NCBI GenBank assembly: GCA_963710375.1
Contig: CAVPZX010000005.1
Location: 448,001 to 512,000 of the forward strand
Length of the DNA: 64,000 nucleotides
Source: Nitrospirota bacterium
Lineage (GTDB): Bacteria > Nitrospirota > Thermodesulfovibrionia > Thermodesulfovibrionales > Dissulfurispiraceae
Reading direction: 5' to 3'
A program made the translations under genes and the position numbers. Shown here one piece after another: positions 43,383 to 52,980 of the stretch. Every line of letters starts with the position of its first letter. The stretch's first letter is position 1. The notes beneath the pieces were generated by a model that did no database searches, was not told the DNA's origin, and saw only the letters and a program-made list of their open reading frames with translations.

Positions 43383-43817
43383 TCATTGTATTATCAGTTC
43401 TGTAAAATAAACATTTTTTACTGCGTTTCCTTTTTTTAGCACCTGGTTAATTATAAGGACTAATTCGTCTTTAAACTGCATTTTCCCTTCCTGACTGAGA
43501 AATTCGTCTGCTGACTTGGACGAAATGAGAGAAATAATTGCATCTCTCAACGGAGCTTGTTTTGCTTTCGCCATTTCCATTATAGAGGCATCTTTGAGCT
43601 CAAGAGCTATTGATACTTTTATGTATTTCGGCTCTCCACGGTTTTCAAGGTTTAAGATGAAAGGCTCCATGACGAGGTTTGAGTTCCCTGCAGCCTCTTT
43701 TGATCCTTCACTGGCGCTTGTCACTCTTGAGCATGCATTTGCACCGATAAGGAGAATTAAAATAATAAGAAATGATATATTCTTTCCCGATCCCAGAAAA
43801 GATTTATTACAGAGCAT
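43383..43817 (-). CDS. fliL: flagellar basal body-associated FliL-family protein
   Basis: PFILNL, LRDAII, EGK..FK.EL, VKNVYFTELIIQ. Confidence 0.85.
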   Translation of the reverse strand: MLCNKSFLGSGKNISFLIILILLIGANACSRVTSASEGSKEAAGNSNLVMEPFILNLENRGEPKYIKVSIALELKDASIMEMAKAKQAPLRDAIISLISSKSADEFLSQEGKMQFKDELVLIINQVLKKGNAVKNVYFTELIIQ

Positions 43818-43877
43818 GAACCCCCCTTTGTGCATTGCCGTCGTTACTTTTTTTTAATCTTATTGCTTTAATAAGAA

Positions 43878-43893
43878 TGCAAGGGATATGCCA
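43878..43893 (-). promoter_or_regulatory. sigma54 -24/-12 promoter upstream of fliL
   Basis: TGGCAT-ATCCC-TTGCA on the minus strand. Confidence 0.7.
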
Positions 43894-44031
43894 GGAGAGA
43901 TGATGTATTATCTTTTTGATTTATTGGGATTTGTTAGGAGTGTTATACAGCATGTAAATGGATTAATTCCAATATCTATGGAAAAATTCCCTAAAATTAG
44001 GTAGTGAGTCAGACAGACCTGCTACCTGATT

Positions 44032-45375
44032 TTAATTTATATTGTAATCTTTAATTTTCGTCAGCAGGGTTTTATAGTCTATCTGCAGCATAACTGCTGC
44101 CTTTGACTTATTGCCGCTACTGATATGTAATGCCTCTTTTATGGCCTTTTTCTCGACAGCAATAACAGCTTCCCTGAGAGGAAAGAGTTCAGGGTTTTCA
44201 CTGCGTTTTTCGCCTTCCCTGAGCAGAAAGCTGACATCCCTTTGCTTGATAACACCGTTTTCTGAGAGGAGAACGGCCCGTCTAATCATATTTTTCAGCT
44301 CCCGTATATTGCCAGGCCATTGATACCCGTATAAGCTGGCCATGGCAGCCTCGTCGATTTCCTTTATCTGCTTCCCGGTTTCCGTTGTAGCATCTATAAG
44401 GAATTTGCGGACGAGGAAGGGGATGTCCTCCACGTGCTCCCTCAAAGGCGGCATGGTGATAATGAATTCGCCCAGCCGGTAAAAAAGGTCTTCCCTTAAC
44501 TCTTTATTCCTGATGCTCTTTTTCAGGTCCTTATTGGAAGAAGCAATGATACGCACATTAATATCAACCGGCCTGGTGCTCCCGAGTGGGAATATCTTTC
44601 TGTCTTCAACAGCGCTGAGAAATTTAGTCTGAACATATGGCGTCATATTCTGAAGTTCGTCGATGAACAGAGTCCCTCCACTTGCAGCCTCGAAATAGCC
44701 TTTTTTCTGACTGTCGGCGCCGGTGAAGGAGCCTTTTTGATGGCCGAAAAGTTCACTTTCAACAAGGCTTTCGGGTATGACACTGATATCGACTTTCAGG
44801 AACTCCCTTCCCGCCCTTTTGCTCAGGTTATGTATTACGTTGGCGAGAAACGTCTTTCCGGTTCCTGTTTCACCCTGAAGGATTATAGAAAAGTCGCTGC
44901 CAGCCACCTGCTTTACCTGGGATATCACTCTTTTCATTGTACTGCTTCTTCCAACCAGCCATTCAAAGGAAGACTCCAATGTCGAGTCAAGGTTCCTAAT
45001 CTTTTTTTCAAGCTCGACCTTTTCCATTGCCCGGTTCAGCGTTACGATAAGCTTGCTTACCTGAGGCGGCTTTTCAACGAAATCGTAAGCCCCGAGCTTG
45101 ATAGCTTGCACGGCTGTCGGTATATCGCCAAACGCTGTTACAATGATTACCGGCACATCATTGTTATGTGCTTTCAGTTCCTGCAGGGTTTCAATGCCGT
45201 CCATATCAGGCATTTTCAAATCAAGCAGAACTGCGTTGACATCCTCTTTCATGCAGATATCAACGGCGTCCCTGCCGCTGCACGCCTCAATCACTGAAAA
45301 GCCGTGTTCTTTCAGCTTTTCGGAAAGAGCAAACCTTACGATCTCTTCGTCGTCCACTATCAGTATAGTTGCCAT
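44032..45375 (-). CDS. sigma54-dependent response regulator (NtrC family)
   Basis: REC domain, GETGTGK, GSFTGA, WPGNIREL, Fis-type HTH. Confidence 0.93.
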   Translation of the reverse strand: MATILIVDDEEIVRFALSEKLKEHGFSVIEACSGRDAVDICMKEDVNAVLLDLKMPDMDGIETLQELKAHNNDVPVIIVTAFGDIPTAVQAIKLGAYDFVEKPPQVSKLIVTLNRAMEKVELEKKIRNLDSTLESSFEWLVGRSSTMKRVISQVKQVAGSDFSIILQGETGTGKTFLANVIHNLSKRAGREFLKVDISVIPESLVESELFGHQKGSFTGADSQKKGYFEAASGGTLFIDELQNMTPYVQTKFLSAVEDRKIFPLGSTRPVDINVRIIASSNKDLKKSIRNKELREDLFYRLGEFIITMPPLREHVEDIPFLVRKFLIDATTETGKQIKEIDEAAMASLYGYQWPGNIRELKNMIRRAVLLSENGVIKQRDVSFLLREGEKRSENPELFPLREAVIAVEKKAIKEALHISSGNKSKAAVMLQIDYKTLLTKIKDYNIN

Positions 45376-45421
45376 ATCAGGCACCGTTATTATATTTTGC
45401 TCAGTTAGGTAACAACATTTC

Positions 45422-45817
45422 TTAGATATTTCTGACCGCCTCTTCCACAATTTCCCTTACACTCGCGTTCTCATCATCGAGTGCCTTCAACAGGAAGGGA
45501 AGAGCGTCCTTGTGACCTATGATATCGAGCAGGTTCGCGGCATCGCCGCGCACCGTCGGACTTTTGTCCTGCAACAGTTTTCCTATTGAGGGAATAAGCT
45601 GTATGATTGGATCGGGAGGCGACGGGTTGTTATGCACCATTTCCTCGACCAGAGCGGTTGCGCCCAACCGTACACGCATCCTGTCATCCCTGATCATGTC
45701 AATGACGATAGGATAGAGAGAATCATCGTGCCTGAGCATGTCAATTATATTTTCAAGGAACCCCTTCTCCATATAATCTAGCACCATTGCCCTCAACTCA
45801 TTATTATTTTCAGTCAT
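45422..45817 (-). CDS. HEAT-repeat protein
   Basis: LLQDKSPTVRGDAA, ALDDENASVRE. Confidence 0.75.
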   Translation of the reverse strand: MTENNNELRAMVLDYMEKGFLENIIDMLRHDDSLYPIVIDMIRDDRMRVRLGATALVEEMVHNNPSPPDPIIQLIPSIGKLLQDKSPTVRGDAANLLDIIGHKDALPFLLKALDDENASVREIVEEAVRNI

Positions 45818-45917
45818 TTGTTTTCTGGCAGTCCCATTTGCCTATCACTCGTCTTTTTTTATTGCTTGTTTTATTTTTGCCCATTGCCTATAACCTATAG
45901 CCTATTGCCTTTCTTTT

Positions 45918-46862
45918 CTATCCATGCCAGTCATATTTCCTCCGCTTACGCTTAAAGACATACTTTTCGGCAGAAAGCGCTGCAAGACATCCATGGGCAG
46001 CAGCCACAATTACCTGCCTTACTTCCGTGCAGGTGACATCACCGGCACTGAACACTCCCGGTACGACGGTCTCTTTCATGGTATTTGTTACTATGCATTC
46101 GTCTTCGGATATCTCTATTGCGCCCTGGAGGAAGTCAATTACAGGCTTGTTTCCGTGGAGATACACAAAGACGCCTGACAGTTTGAGCTCGCTCTCCATC
46201 CCGTTAAAGTCTTTGAGCTTTACTTTCTCTACAACCTCGCCGCCCTCGATCCCCGTGACTCTCTGCCCGAGCATCACCTTCAGGTTCGGGATCGCCAGGT
46301 CGGGATCTTGGCCTTCCGCTTTCAGTTCCTGCGATGGAGCTATGAGATACACTGTCCTGGCAAAGCGTGTTAAAAGCCCTGCTTCCTTTACCGCTTCTGC
46401 AGATTCACCGATGACACATACGTCCTTCCCCCTGTAAAAGGCCGCATCACATATTGCGCAGTAACTTACCCCCTTGCCAAGAAAATTCGCCTCCCCCGGG
46501 ATGGACGCCTTCCTGCCCATGGAGCCTGTGGCGATTATAACGGTTTTGCCATGATAGGTCTTGTCCATAGTGAAGACTTCTTTTACGTCGCCGCCAAGAT
46601 AGACACCTATAACCTGGGCTTCTACATATTCTGTGCCGAAAGCCAGGGCCTGTTTCCGGAACATGTCAAGTAAGTCCTTGCCCGATATGGCTGACGATAG
46701 GCCCGGATAATTCTCTATCAGGCTTGCGTAGGCCAACGCGCCGGCGGTTGGCGATTTGTCCAGGACAACGGTTTTCATTTTTGCACGCGACGTATATTGT
46801 GCTGCGCTGAGACCAGCCGGACCTCCCCCGATTATAATCACGTCATACAGAGTATCAGTCAT
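45918..46862 (-). CDS. trxB: thioredoxin reductase-like FAD oxidoreductase
   Basis: GGGPAG, GVSYCAICD, AGDV. Confidence 0.85.
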   Translation of the reverse strand: MTDTLYDVIIIGGGPAGLSAAQYTSRAKMKTVVLDKSPTAGALAYASLIENYPGLSSAISGKDLLDMFRKQALAFGTEYVEAQVIGVYLGGDVKEVFTMDKTYHGKTVIIATGSMGRKASIPGEANFLGKGVSYCAICDAAFYRGKDVCVIGESAEAVKEAGLLTRFARTVYLIAPSQELKAEGQDPDLAIPNLKVMLGQRVTGIEGGEVVEKVKLKDFNGMESELKLSGVFVYLHGNKPVIDFLQGAIEISEDECIVTNTMKETVVPGVFSAGDVTCTEVRQVIVAAAHGCLAALSAEKYVFKRKRRKYDWHG

Positions 46863-47121
46863 TAGGCCTCCTTGAAAGAAACGTTACAGCGTAAAGCGTT
46901 ATGGCTCAGCGTAAGACGCCTGATTAAATATTATACCCTATCGTGTACTGTAAAAACGCGCCATGGCAGTGCAGACAGGATAAGGCAAGTATATAGCCGG
47001 ATTTTTATAAATTAGTATATAATAACTCTCCGGTTTTCGGGAAATGTGGCGGTTCTTTTTCGTGTTCTTTTGCATCCGATTGAGTGCACGCGGGTAAGGG
47101 ACTAACGGGACAGGGGGATAA

Positions 47122-47892
47122 ATGGCGAAGCAGGACCTTGAAGAAAAGACTGTTCGCGAATTACGGACAATGGCAAAGAGGGCAGGCATTGCTGTTAAGG
47201 GAGACTGGAAGAAAGCGGATCTGGTAAAAGTCCTTTCTCTAAAGAAGAAACCTGCGGTGAAACCCGCAAAGCCCGCAAAGAAGACCCCGCCCAGGAAAAC
47301 TGAAGATAAAAAGAGCATTGCGCATAAAGCGGCAGGAAACCAAATAATAAAAAAACCTGTGAAAAGGACACAAGCTGCGAAAGCGAAAAGTGTGTCGCTG
47401 AAAGCGCTGCCGAAGAAAGCTCCCCTGCCCGATTTCGTATCTGTAGCACTGAAGCCGCCTCCGGAGTTGGTGCTGACTCCTTTGCCTGCCGAATACTCTG
47501 GGGACAAGATCGTGTCAATGCAGGTGAACCCCGGACGGATATATGTCTACTGGGAGGTCGCTGAAGACAGGCTGGTAAAATACAAAGGGAGTCTCAATCT
47601 TAAGGTGGTCGATACGAAAGATAATTACTTTTTTTATACGCCTGTGTCGGGGAGAATAGGAGAATCTTTTATCAATATAAACCCTGATAGCGATTATGCT
47701 GTTGAAATAGGCGTCATTGATTATAAGGGTGAATTTGTGAATATAATGCAACCGGAATCAACAGCTGTCACTGAGGTATATTCTGAGACACCGGCATCCG
47801 GACAGTCGGAGATGACTGGACATGCGCAAAGGGGAGAGGTAGCGCTGCCCGAAGAGTTTTTCGAAGTGCCTGATCCTGTAGGCTCACATTGA
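47122..47892 (+). CDS. DUF4912-like protein with Rho-N-like and Lys-rich N-terminus
   Basis: TVRELRTMAK; LPAEY..DKIV.M.V.P..IYVYWE. Confidence 0.7.
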   Translation: MAKQDLEEKTVRELRTMAKRAGIAVKGDWKKADLVKVLSLKKKPAVKPAKPAKKTPPRKTEDKKSIAHKAAGNQIIKKPVKRTQAAKAKSVSLKALPKKAPLPDFVSVALKPPPELVLTPLPAEYSGDKIVSMQVNPGRIYVYWEVAEDRLVKYKGSLNLKVVDTKDNYFFYTPVSGRIGESFININPDSDYAVEIGVIDYKGEFVNIMQPESTAVTEVYSETPASGQSEMTGHAQRGEVALPEEFFEVPDPVGSH

Positions 47893-47915
47893 AATACTTA
47901 CTGACGAGGGGTGTC

Positions 47916-50000
47916 ATGCGGAATAAAAACAATAGGGCAAATATAATCCCTTTATTTGTTATTTTTTTCTTTATGGCCTCACCTTTTCTATTCTCTTGTG
48001 GTGGTCACGAAAATGGAACCAGCTCAACAACACTAGTCTCGATCGCTGTAACGCCTACCAACCCTGGCATTGCCCTTAAAACGACTGAACAGTTTAAAGC
48101 GACAGGGACTTATTCTGACAACAGCACGAAGGATATCACAGCGTCTGTTATATGGGGTTCATCGGCCACGTCCGTTGCCACTATCAGCAACACGATCAAC
48201 TCTTCTGGACTTGCTACTCCGGTTGCTGCGGGTACTGCGACGATTACTGCCACATCAGGGAGTATCTCGGGCTCCACTACCCTGACTGTTAGTTCGGCAA
48301 CGCTTGTGTCCATTGCTGTGACACCTACTAATCCTGGCATTGCTCTTAAGACCACTGAACAGTTTACAGCAACAGGGACTTTTTCTGATCAAAGCACGCA
48401 GGATATCACAGCGTCTGTTATATGGGGTTCATCGGCCACGTCCGTTGCCACTATCAGCAACACGACAGGCTCTTTTGGACTGGTTACGCCGGTTGCTGCA
48501 GGTACTGCGACGATTACTGCCACATCAGGGAGTATCTCGGGCTCCACTGCCCTGACTGTTAGTTCGGCAACGCTTGTGTCCATTGCTGTGACACCTGCCA
48601 ACCCTGGCATTGCTCTTAAGACCACTGAACAGTTTACTGCAACAGGGACTTTTTCGGATCACAGCACGCAGAATATAACGACATCTGTGACCTGGAGTTC
48701 ATCGGCCACGTCCGTTGCCGCTATCAGCAACACGACAGGCTCTTTTGGACTGGTTACGCCGGTTGCTGCAGGCACTGCGACGATTACTGCCACATCGGGA
48801 AGCATCTCGGGCTCCATTATCCTGACTGTCAGTTCGGCAACGCTTGTGTCCATTGCTGTGACACCTGCCAACCCTGGCATTGCTCTTAAGACCACTGAAC
48901 AGTTTACTGCAACAGGGACTTTTTCGGATCACAGCACGCAGAATATAACGACATCTGTGACCTGGAGTTCATCGGCAAAGTCCGTTGCTACTATCAGCAA
49001 CGCGGCCGGCTCTTTTGGACTGGTCACTCCTGTTGCCGCAGGCACTGCGACTATTACTGCCACATCGGGGAGCATCTCGGGCTCCACTGCCCTTACTGTC
49101 AGTTCGGCAACGCTTGTGTCCATTGCCGTGACATCTATCAGCCCGGGCATTGCTCTTGGCACTACTGAGCAGTTTACGGCAACAGGGACTTTTTCTGATA
49201 ACAGTACGCAGAATATCACGACATATGTGACATGGAGTTCATCGGCCACGTCCGTTGCCGCAATCAGCAACGCGGCAGGTTCTAATGGACAGCTTACCTC
49301 AGTTGCTACAGGCAATACGACAATTACTGCAACATCAGGGAGCATCTCGGGCTCCGCTACCCTGGCTGTTACTTCAGAGCCGTTTGTCACAGCCTTTGTG
49401 CTGAGCCTGGCTAGCGGTAGTAATCCTCTCGGTTGGCTCCAGCAAATACAGGTCTATACTGACTCCTTGAGCTTCATACCAATAACGATCGCTACGGTGA
49501 CCGTAAATGGGTCCCCTCTGTCGTACAATGCTACGAATCAGTCGTATGACGGAAACGTAGCAATTGCTGCGGGTGCTGCAGTCAATCTCAGCGTCACCGT
49601 AGGCGAGGCTACCTACACCTCATCTGGAACCCAGTTCACTACATTCCCGAGCGTAACTGCTCCTACGTCAGGTTCAACATGGCAGTCTGGGAATGTCAAT
49701 ACCATCACCTGGACAGCCGGTGCTCCGACCGCAGGGGCAACTTATTTTATCGGGCTTATAAACAGTACAGGCAATTTTGTTTTTCCGGGGAAAAACCCTG
49801 TTAATGTTCCGACAAGCTCTACTTCGTATACTATCCCTGGAAACAGCCTAACGGCAGGAAACTATGAATTGCTTGTGGGAATCGGAACGCAAGGCATAGG
49901 CGGAGAGACTACAGGGGGAATACCAATACCCAAAACCGCTGCCGGCTCGGGTCTATGGATAGGCGGGATTAAAGCCTTTGTCCCAATCACTGTTAAGTAG
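47916..50000 (+). CDS. lipoprotein with five bacterial Ig-like (Big_2) repeats
   Basis: Lipobox LFSC; five 90-aa LVSIAVTP...QFTATGT repeats. Confidence 0.88.
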   Translation: MRNKNNRANIIPLFVIFFFMASPFLFSCGGHENGTSSTTLVSIAVTPTNPGIALKTTEQFKATGTYSDNSTKDITASVIWGSSATSVATISNTINSSGLATPVAAGTATITATSGSISGSTTLTVSSATLVSIAVTPTNPGIALKTTEQFTATGTFSDQSTQDITASVIWGSSATSVATISNTTGSFGLVTPVAAGTATITATSGSISGSTALTVSSATLVSIAVTPANPGIALKTTEQFTATGTFSDHSTQNITTSVTWSSSATSVAAISNTTGSFGLVTPVAAGTATITATSGSISGSIILTVSSATLVSIAVTPANPGIALKTTEQFTATGTFSDHSTQNITTSVTWSSSAKSVATISNAAGSFGLVTPVAAGTATITATSGSISGSTALTVSSATLVSIAVTSISPGIALGTTEQFTATGTFSDNSTQNITTYVTWSSSATSVAAISNAAGSNGQLTSVATGNTTITATSGSISGSATLAVTSEPFVTAFVLSLASGSNPLGWLQQIQVYTDSLSFIPITIATVTVNGSPLSYNATNQSYDGNVAIAAGAAVNLSVTVGEATYTSSGTQFTTFPSVTAPTSGSTWQSGNVNTITWTAGAPTAGATYFIGLINSTGNFVFPGKNPVNVPTSSTSYTIPGNSLTAGNYELLVGIGTQGIGGETTGGIPIPKTAAGSGLWIGGIKAFVPITVK
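48029..49372 (+). repeat. five 270-bp intragenic tandem repeats
   Basis: Near-identical units at a 270-bp period. Confidence 0.9.
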
Positions 50001-50072
50001 ACCTTTTGTGGGAACCCATCACTTGCATGTGACCGATCTGTCAGGTTCCGCTCTGCGTTATAATAAATAGAG

Positions 50073-50921
50073 ATGAATCAAAAAGATTATTACAAAATTT
50101 TAGGAGTGAGTGAAAAATCCGGCTCTGATGAGATAAAAAAAGCTTATAGGAACCTTGCATTCCGTTATCATCCCGATAGGAGCACCGGGAATGAAGAGAT
50201 GATGAAGGAAATCAATGAGGCCTACGCCGTCCTGTCAAATCCCGTGAAGAGGAATGAATATGATACTATGAGGCAAAGATATGGCTCCTTTGCAAGGGAC
50301 CAGTTCAGACAGACCTATAATGATCAGGATATCTTCCGGGATTCCGATATTGGTCAAATCTTTGAAGAGCTTAGCAAAATGTTTGGTTTCAGCAGACCTG
50401 AAGATATTTTCAGCCGTAATAATTTTTATGGCCCTCGTTATCGGACATTTGAATTCAAAGGGGATGGGGGTTCCGCACGGGGCTTCTTCTTTTATGGCCC
50501 GATGAGAGCGGCCTATCAGGAGGCGATGAAGGCATCGCCTGATCAGACGCGGCAGATGGTAGTAGGTGGACATCCCTTGCTTTCAATATTTATGGGGAAG
50601 GCGGTTTCCTTGCTTCAAAAACTGTTGGCAAAGAAGTTAGGGCTTGAGTTACCTGAAAGCGGAAGAGATTTGAATGATGTTATCCAGATTACTCCGGAGC
50701 AAGCTTCCGGTGGTGGTAAGGTCCGATACCTTTATGACAAACTGGGCAATCCCAGGGAGTTGCTTATCACGCTTCCGCAGGGGATGAGGGATGGACAGAA
50801 GATAAAACTTAAGGGCCTTGGTGAGGGGGGGAAGCGAGGAGGTAACCCCGGTGCTCTCTATTTGAAGGTCAAAATTCGCACACCTTTCCTGGAGAGAATA
50901 AAATCTTTTCTTAACAAGTAG
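50073..50921 (+). CDS. DnaJ-domain protein (CbpA-like)
   Basis: [22 protein letters not shown]. Confidence 0.87.
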   Translation: MNQKDYYKILGVSEKSGSDEIKKAYRNLAFRYHPDRSTGNEEMMKEINEAYAVLSNPVKRNEYDTMRQRYGSFARDQFRQTYNDQDIFRDSDIGQIFEELSKMFGFSRPEDIFSRNNFYGPRYRTFEFKGDGGSARGFFFYGPMRAAYQEAMKASPDQTRQMVVGGHPLLSIFMGKAVSLLQKLLAKKLGLELPESGRDLNDVIQITPEQASGGGKVRYLYDKLGNPRELLITLPQGMRDGQKIKLKGLGEGGKRGGNPGALYLKVKIRTPFLERIKSFLNK

Positions 50922-50993
50922 CAAATGATCTTGAACCTGCTGTTATAATTAATTCATACATTTTCATCGAATATTTCTAAAGGAGGCTGGGAA

Positions 50994-51533
50994 ATGAAGG
51001 TAACTCCAATGGTCCATAAAAAAATCGCAATGGAACATGATAAGAAGATCGCCCTGGTTGCGCATGATAATAAGAAGCTTGACCTGGTTGAGTGGGCAAA
51101 ATATAATCGAGAGCTATTGGCTCACCATAAGATTTATGCAACAGGCACAACTGGCTCAATATTGGAACAGGAGCTTGGCTTCAAAATCATCAAGCTCCAG
51201 AGCGGACCTTTGGGCGGTGATCAGCAAATTGGCGCCAAGATAGCCGATGCCGAGATAGATTTTCTCATTTTCTTCTGGGATCCGCTTGAACCGCAACCCC
51301 ACGACCCGGATGTCAAGGCGCTTTTAAGAATGGCAGTAGTTTGGGATATTCCCATTGCCTGCAATCGCGCCTCCGCCGATTTCATGATCTCCTCTCCCTT
51401 GATGGATGGCGATTATGATCGTCTTGTGCCGGATTATGATGCTTATCGAAGCCGAAAAATAGCAGGGGACGAATGCTTAGGGCAAGATACGATTGAATTG
51501 GCTGGAGGAGAGATATCAGCAAAAACAGACTGA
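50994..51533 (+). CDS. mgsA: methylglyoxal synthase
   Basis: [31 protein letters not shown]. Confidence 0.96.
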   Translation: MKVTPMVHKKIAMEHDKKIALVAHDNKKLDLVEWAKYNRELLAHHKIYATGTTGSILEQELGFKIIKLQSGPLGGDQQIGAKIADAEIDFLIFFWDPLEPQPHDPDVKALLRMAVVWDIPIACNRASADFMISSPLMDGDYDRLVPDYDAYRSRKIAGDECLGQDTIELAGGEISAKTD

Positions 51534-51594
51534 CTCATTATTCTGCAATCCGGTAATATGCAACAGTTGAATTCAATATGTTACTATTTTTGAT

Positions 51595-51675
51595 GCAGGT
51601 ATGGCGGAATTGGCAGACGCGCCAGACTTAGGATCTGGTGGGATTCCCATCCGAGTTCGACTCTCGGTACCTGCA
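51595..51675 (+). tRNA. tRNA-Leu(TAG)
   Basis: Anticodon arm CCAGA-CTTAGGA-TCTGG; acceptor GCAGGTA/TACCTGC. Confidence 0.93.
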
Positions 51676-51695
51676 TTTATAATTATAATAGAATT

Positions 51696-52961
51696 ATGAA
51701 AATGACCAGTATGGACATCTCCGTCCTGTACGTCGAAGACGAGTCGCAGACCCGCGACAAGATAGCCAGAATATTAAAACGTGAGGTCAAATGCTTGTAC
51801 CTCGCGGAAAACGGTAAAGAGGGCCTCGCCCTGTTTGAACGTCACCATCCTGATATCGTGATAACAGATATCAAGATGCCGGTGATGGATGGACTTGAGA
51901 TGGTGGAGAAGATAAAGGCTGTCGACAAGAATATTCACGTTATTCTCACTACAGCCCACGGCGAGGCTGATTCCTTCATTAAATCCATCAAGGTAGGTGT
52001 TGACAGGTACCTGCTGAAACCGGTTGACGTGTCCATTCTGATCCAGACCCTCAAGGAGATGGCCCAGATTATCGGCATTGCGCGGGAACTGAAGGAAAAG
52101 ACCGCCCTTCTGGAGGAATACAAAAAAGCTGTGGATGAGAGCAACATTGTCTGCAAGACTGATATTGAGGGAAAGATCACATATGTAAACGACCAATTCT
52201 GCAAAGCATACGGTTACAACAGAAAGGAGATCCTCGGCAAGGCCTACAAAGTTATCCTGCACCCGCCGGCTAACGAGGGGCTGTTGCAGGAGCTGCAATC
52301 CACTATGGCTTCCAAGAGGATATGGAAAGGCATTCTGGAGCACGCGAAGAATGGCGGTAATAGTTATTTCGCGGACATGACTATCATACCAATCCTGAGC
52401 GCGGATGGAGAGATAATGGAGTTTATCTTTATAGGCCACGATGTGACGGAACTCGTCGATGGCACTGAGCGGCTTAAACAGTTGTCCGCCACCGATATCC
52501 TTACACAGATTTACAACCGGATGGCTTTCAACGACTTCCTTGAAGCGGAACTGCAAAGGGCCCAACGGTACAGTACAGGAATGTCTCTCATCATGTTCGA
52601 CATCGACCATTTCAAAATCGTCAATGACACATATGGGCACCTGGCCGGAGATGAGGTGCTGAAGACCCTGGTCAAGGTGGTACAATTGAGCATCCGGAAG
52701 GTGGATATCTTAGCCCGGTGGGGCGGAGAAGAATTTATGATACTGGCGCCGGAAGCGGCGCTGGAAGCGGCATGCGAACTGGCCGAAAGGCTGCGTAAGG
52801 AGATCGAGGCCCATGTCTTCTCTACCGCAGAAAAGATTACCGTAAGCATTGGGGTCACTACTTACCGGGACGGCGACTCCGCAGACTCCATTATCACGAG
52901 AGTGGACAACGCTCTTTACAGGGCCAAGGAGAACGGAAGGAACAGGGTTGAAATCGGATAA
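51696..52961 (+). CDS. REC-PAS-GGDEF diguanylate cyclase
   Basis: Receiver domain, PAS, RKVD I-site, GGEEF. Confidence 0.93.
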   Translation: MKMTSMDISVLYVEDESQTRDKIARILKREVKCLYLAENGKEGLALFERHHPDIVITDIKMPVMDGLEMVEKIKAVDKNIHVILTTAHGEADSFIKSIKVGVDRYLLKPVDVSILIQTLKEMAQIIGIARELKEKTALLEEYKKAVDESNIVCKTDIEGKITYVNDQFCKAYGYNRKEILGKAYKVILHPPANEGLLQELQSTMASKRIWKGILEHAKNGGNSYFADMTIIPILSADGEIMEFIFIGHDVTELVDGTERLKQLSATDILTQIYNRMAFNDFLEAELQRAQRYSTGMSLIMFDIDHFKIVNDTYGHLAGDEVLKTLVKVVQLSIRKVDILARWGGEEFMILAPEAALEAACELAERLRKEIEAHVFSTAEKITVSIGVTTYRDGDSADSIITRVDNALYRAKENGRNRVEIG

Positions 52962-52980
52962 TTTTCAGGGACTGGCCAAC

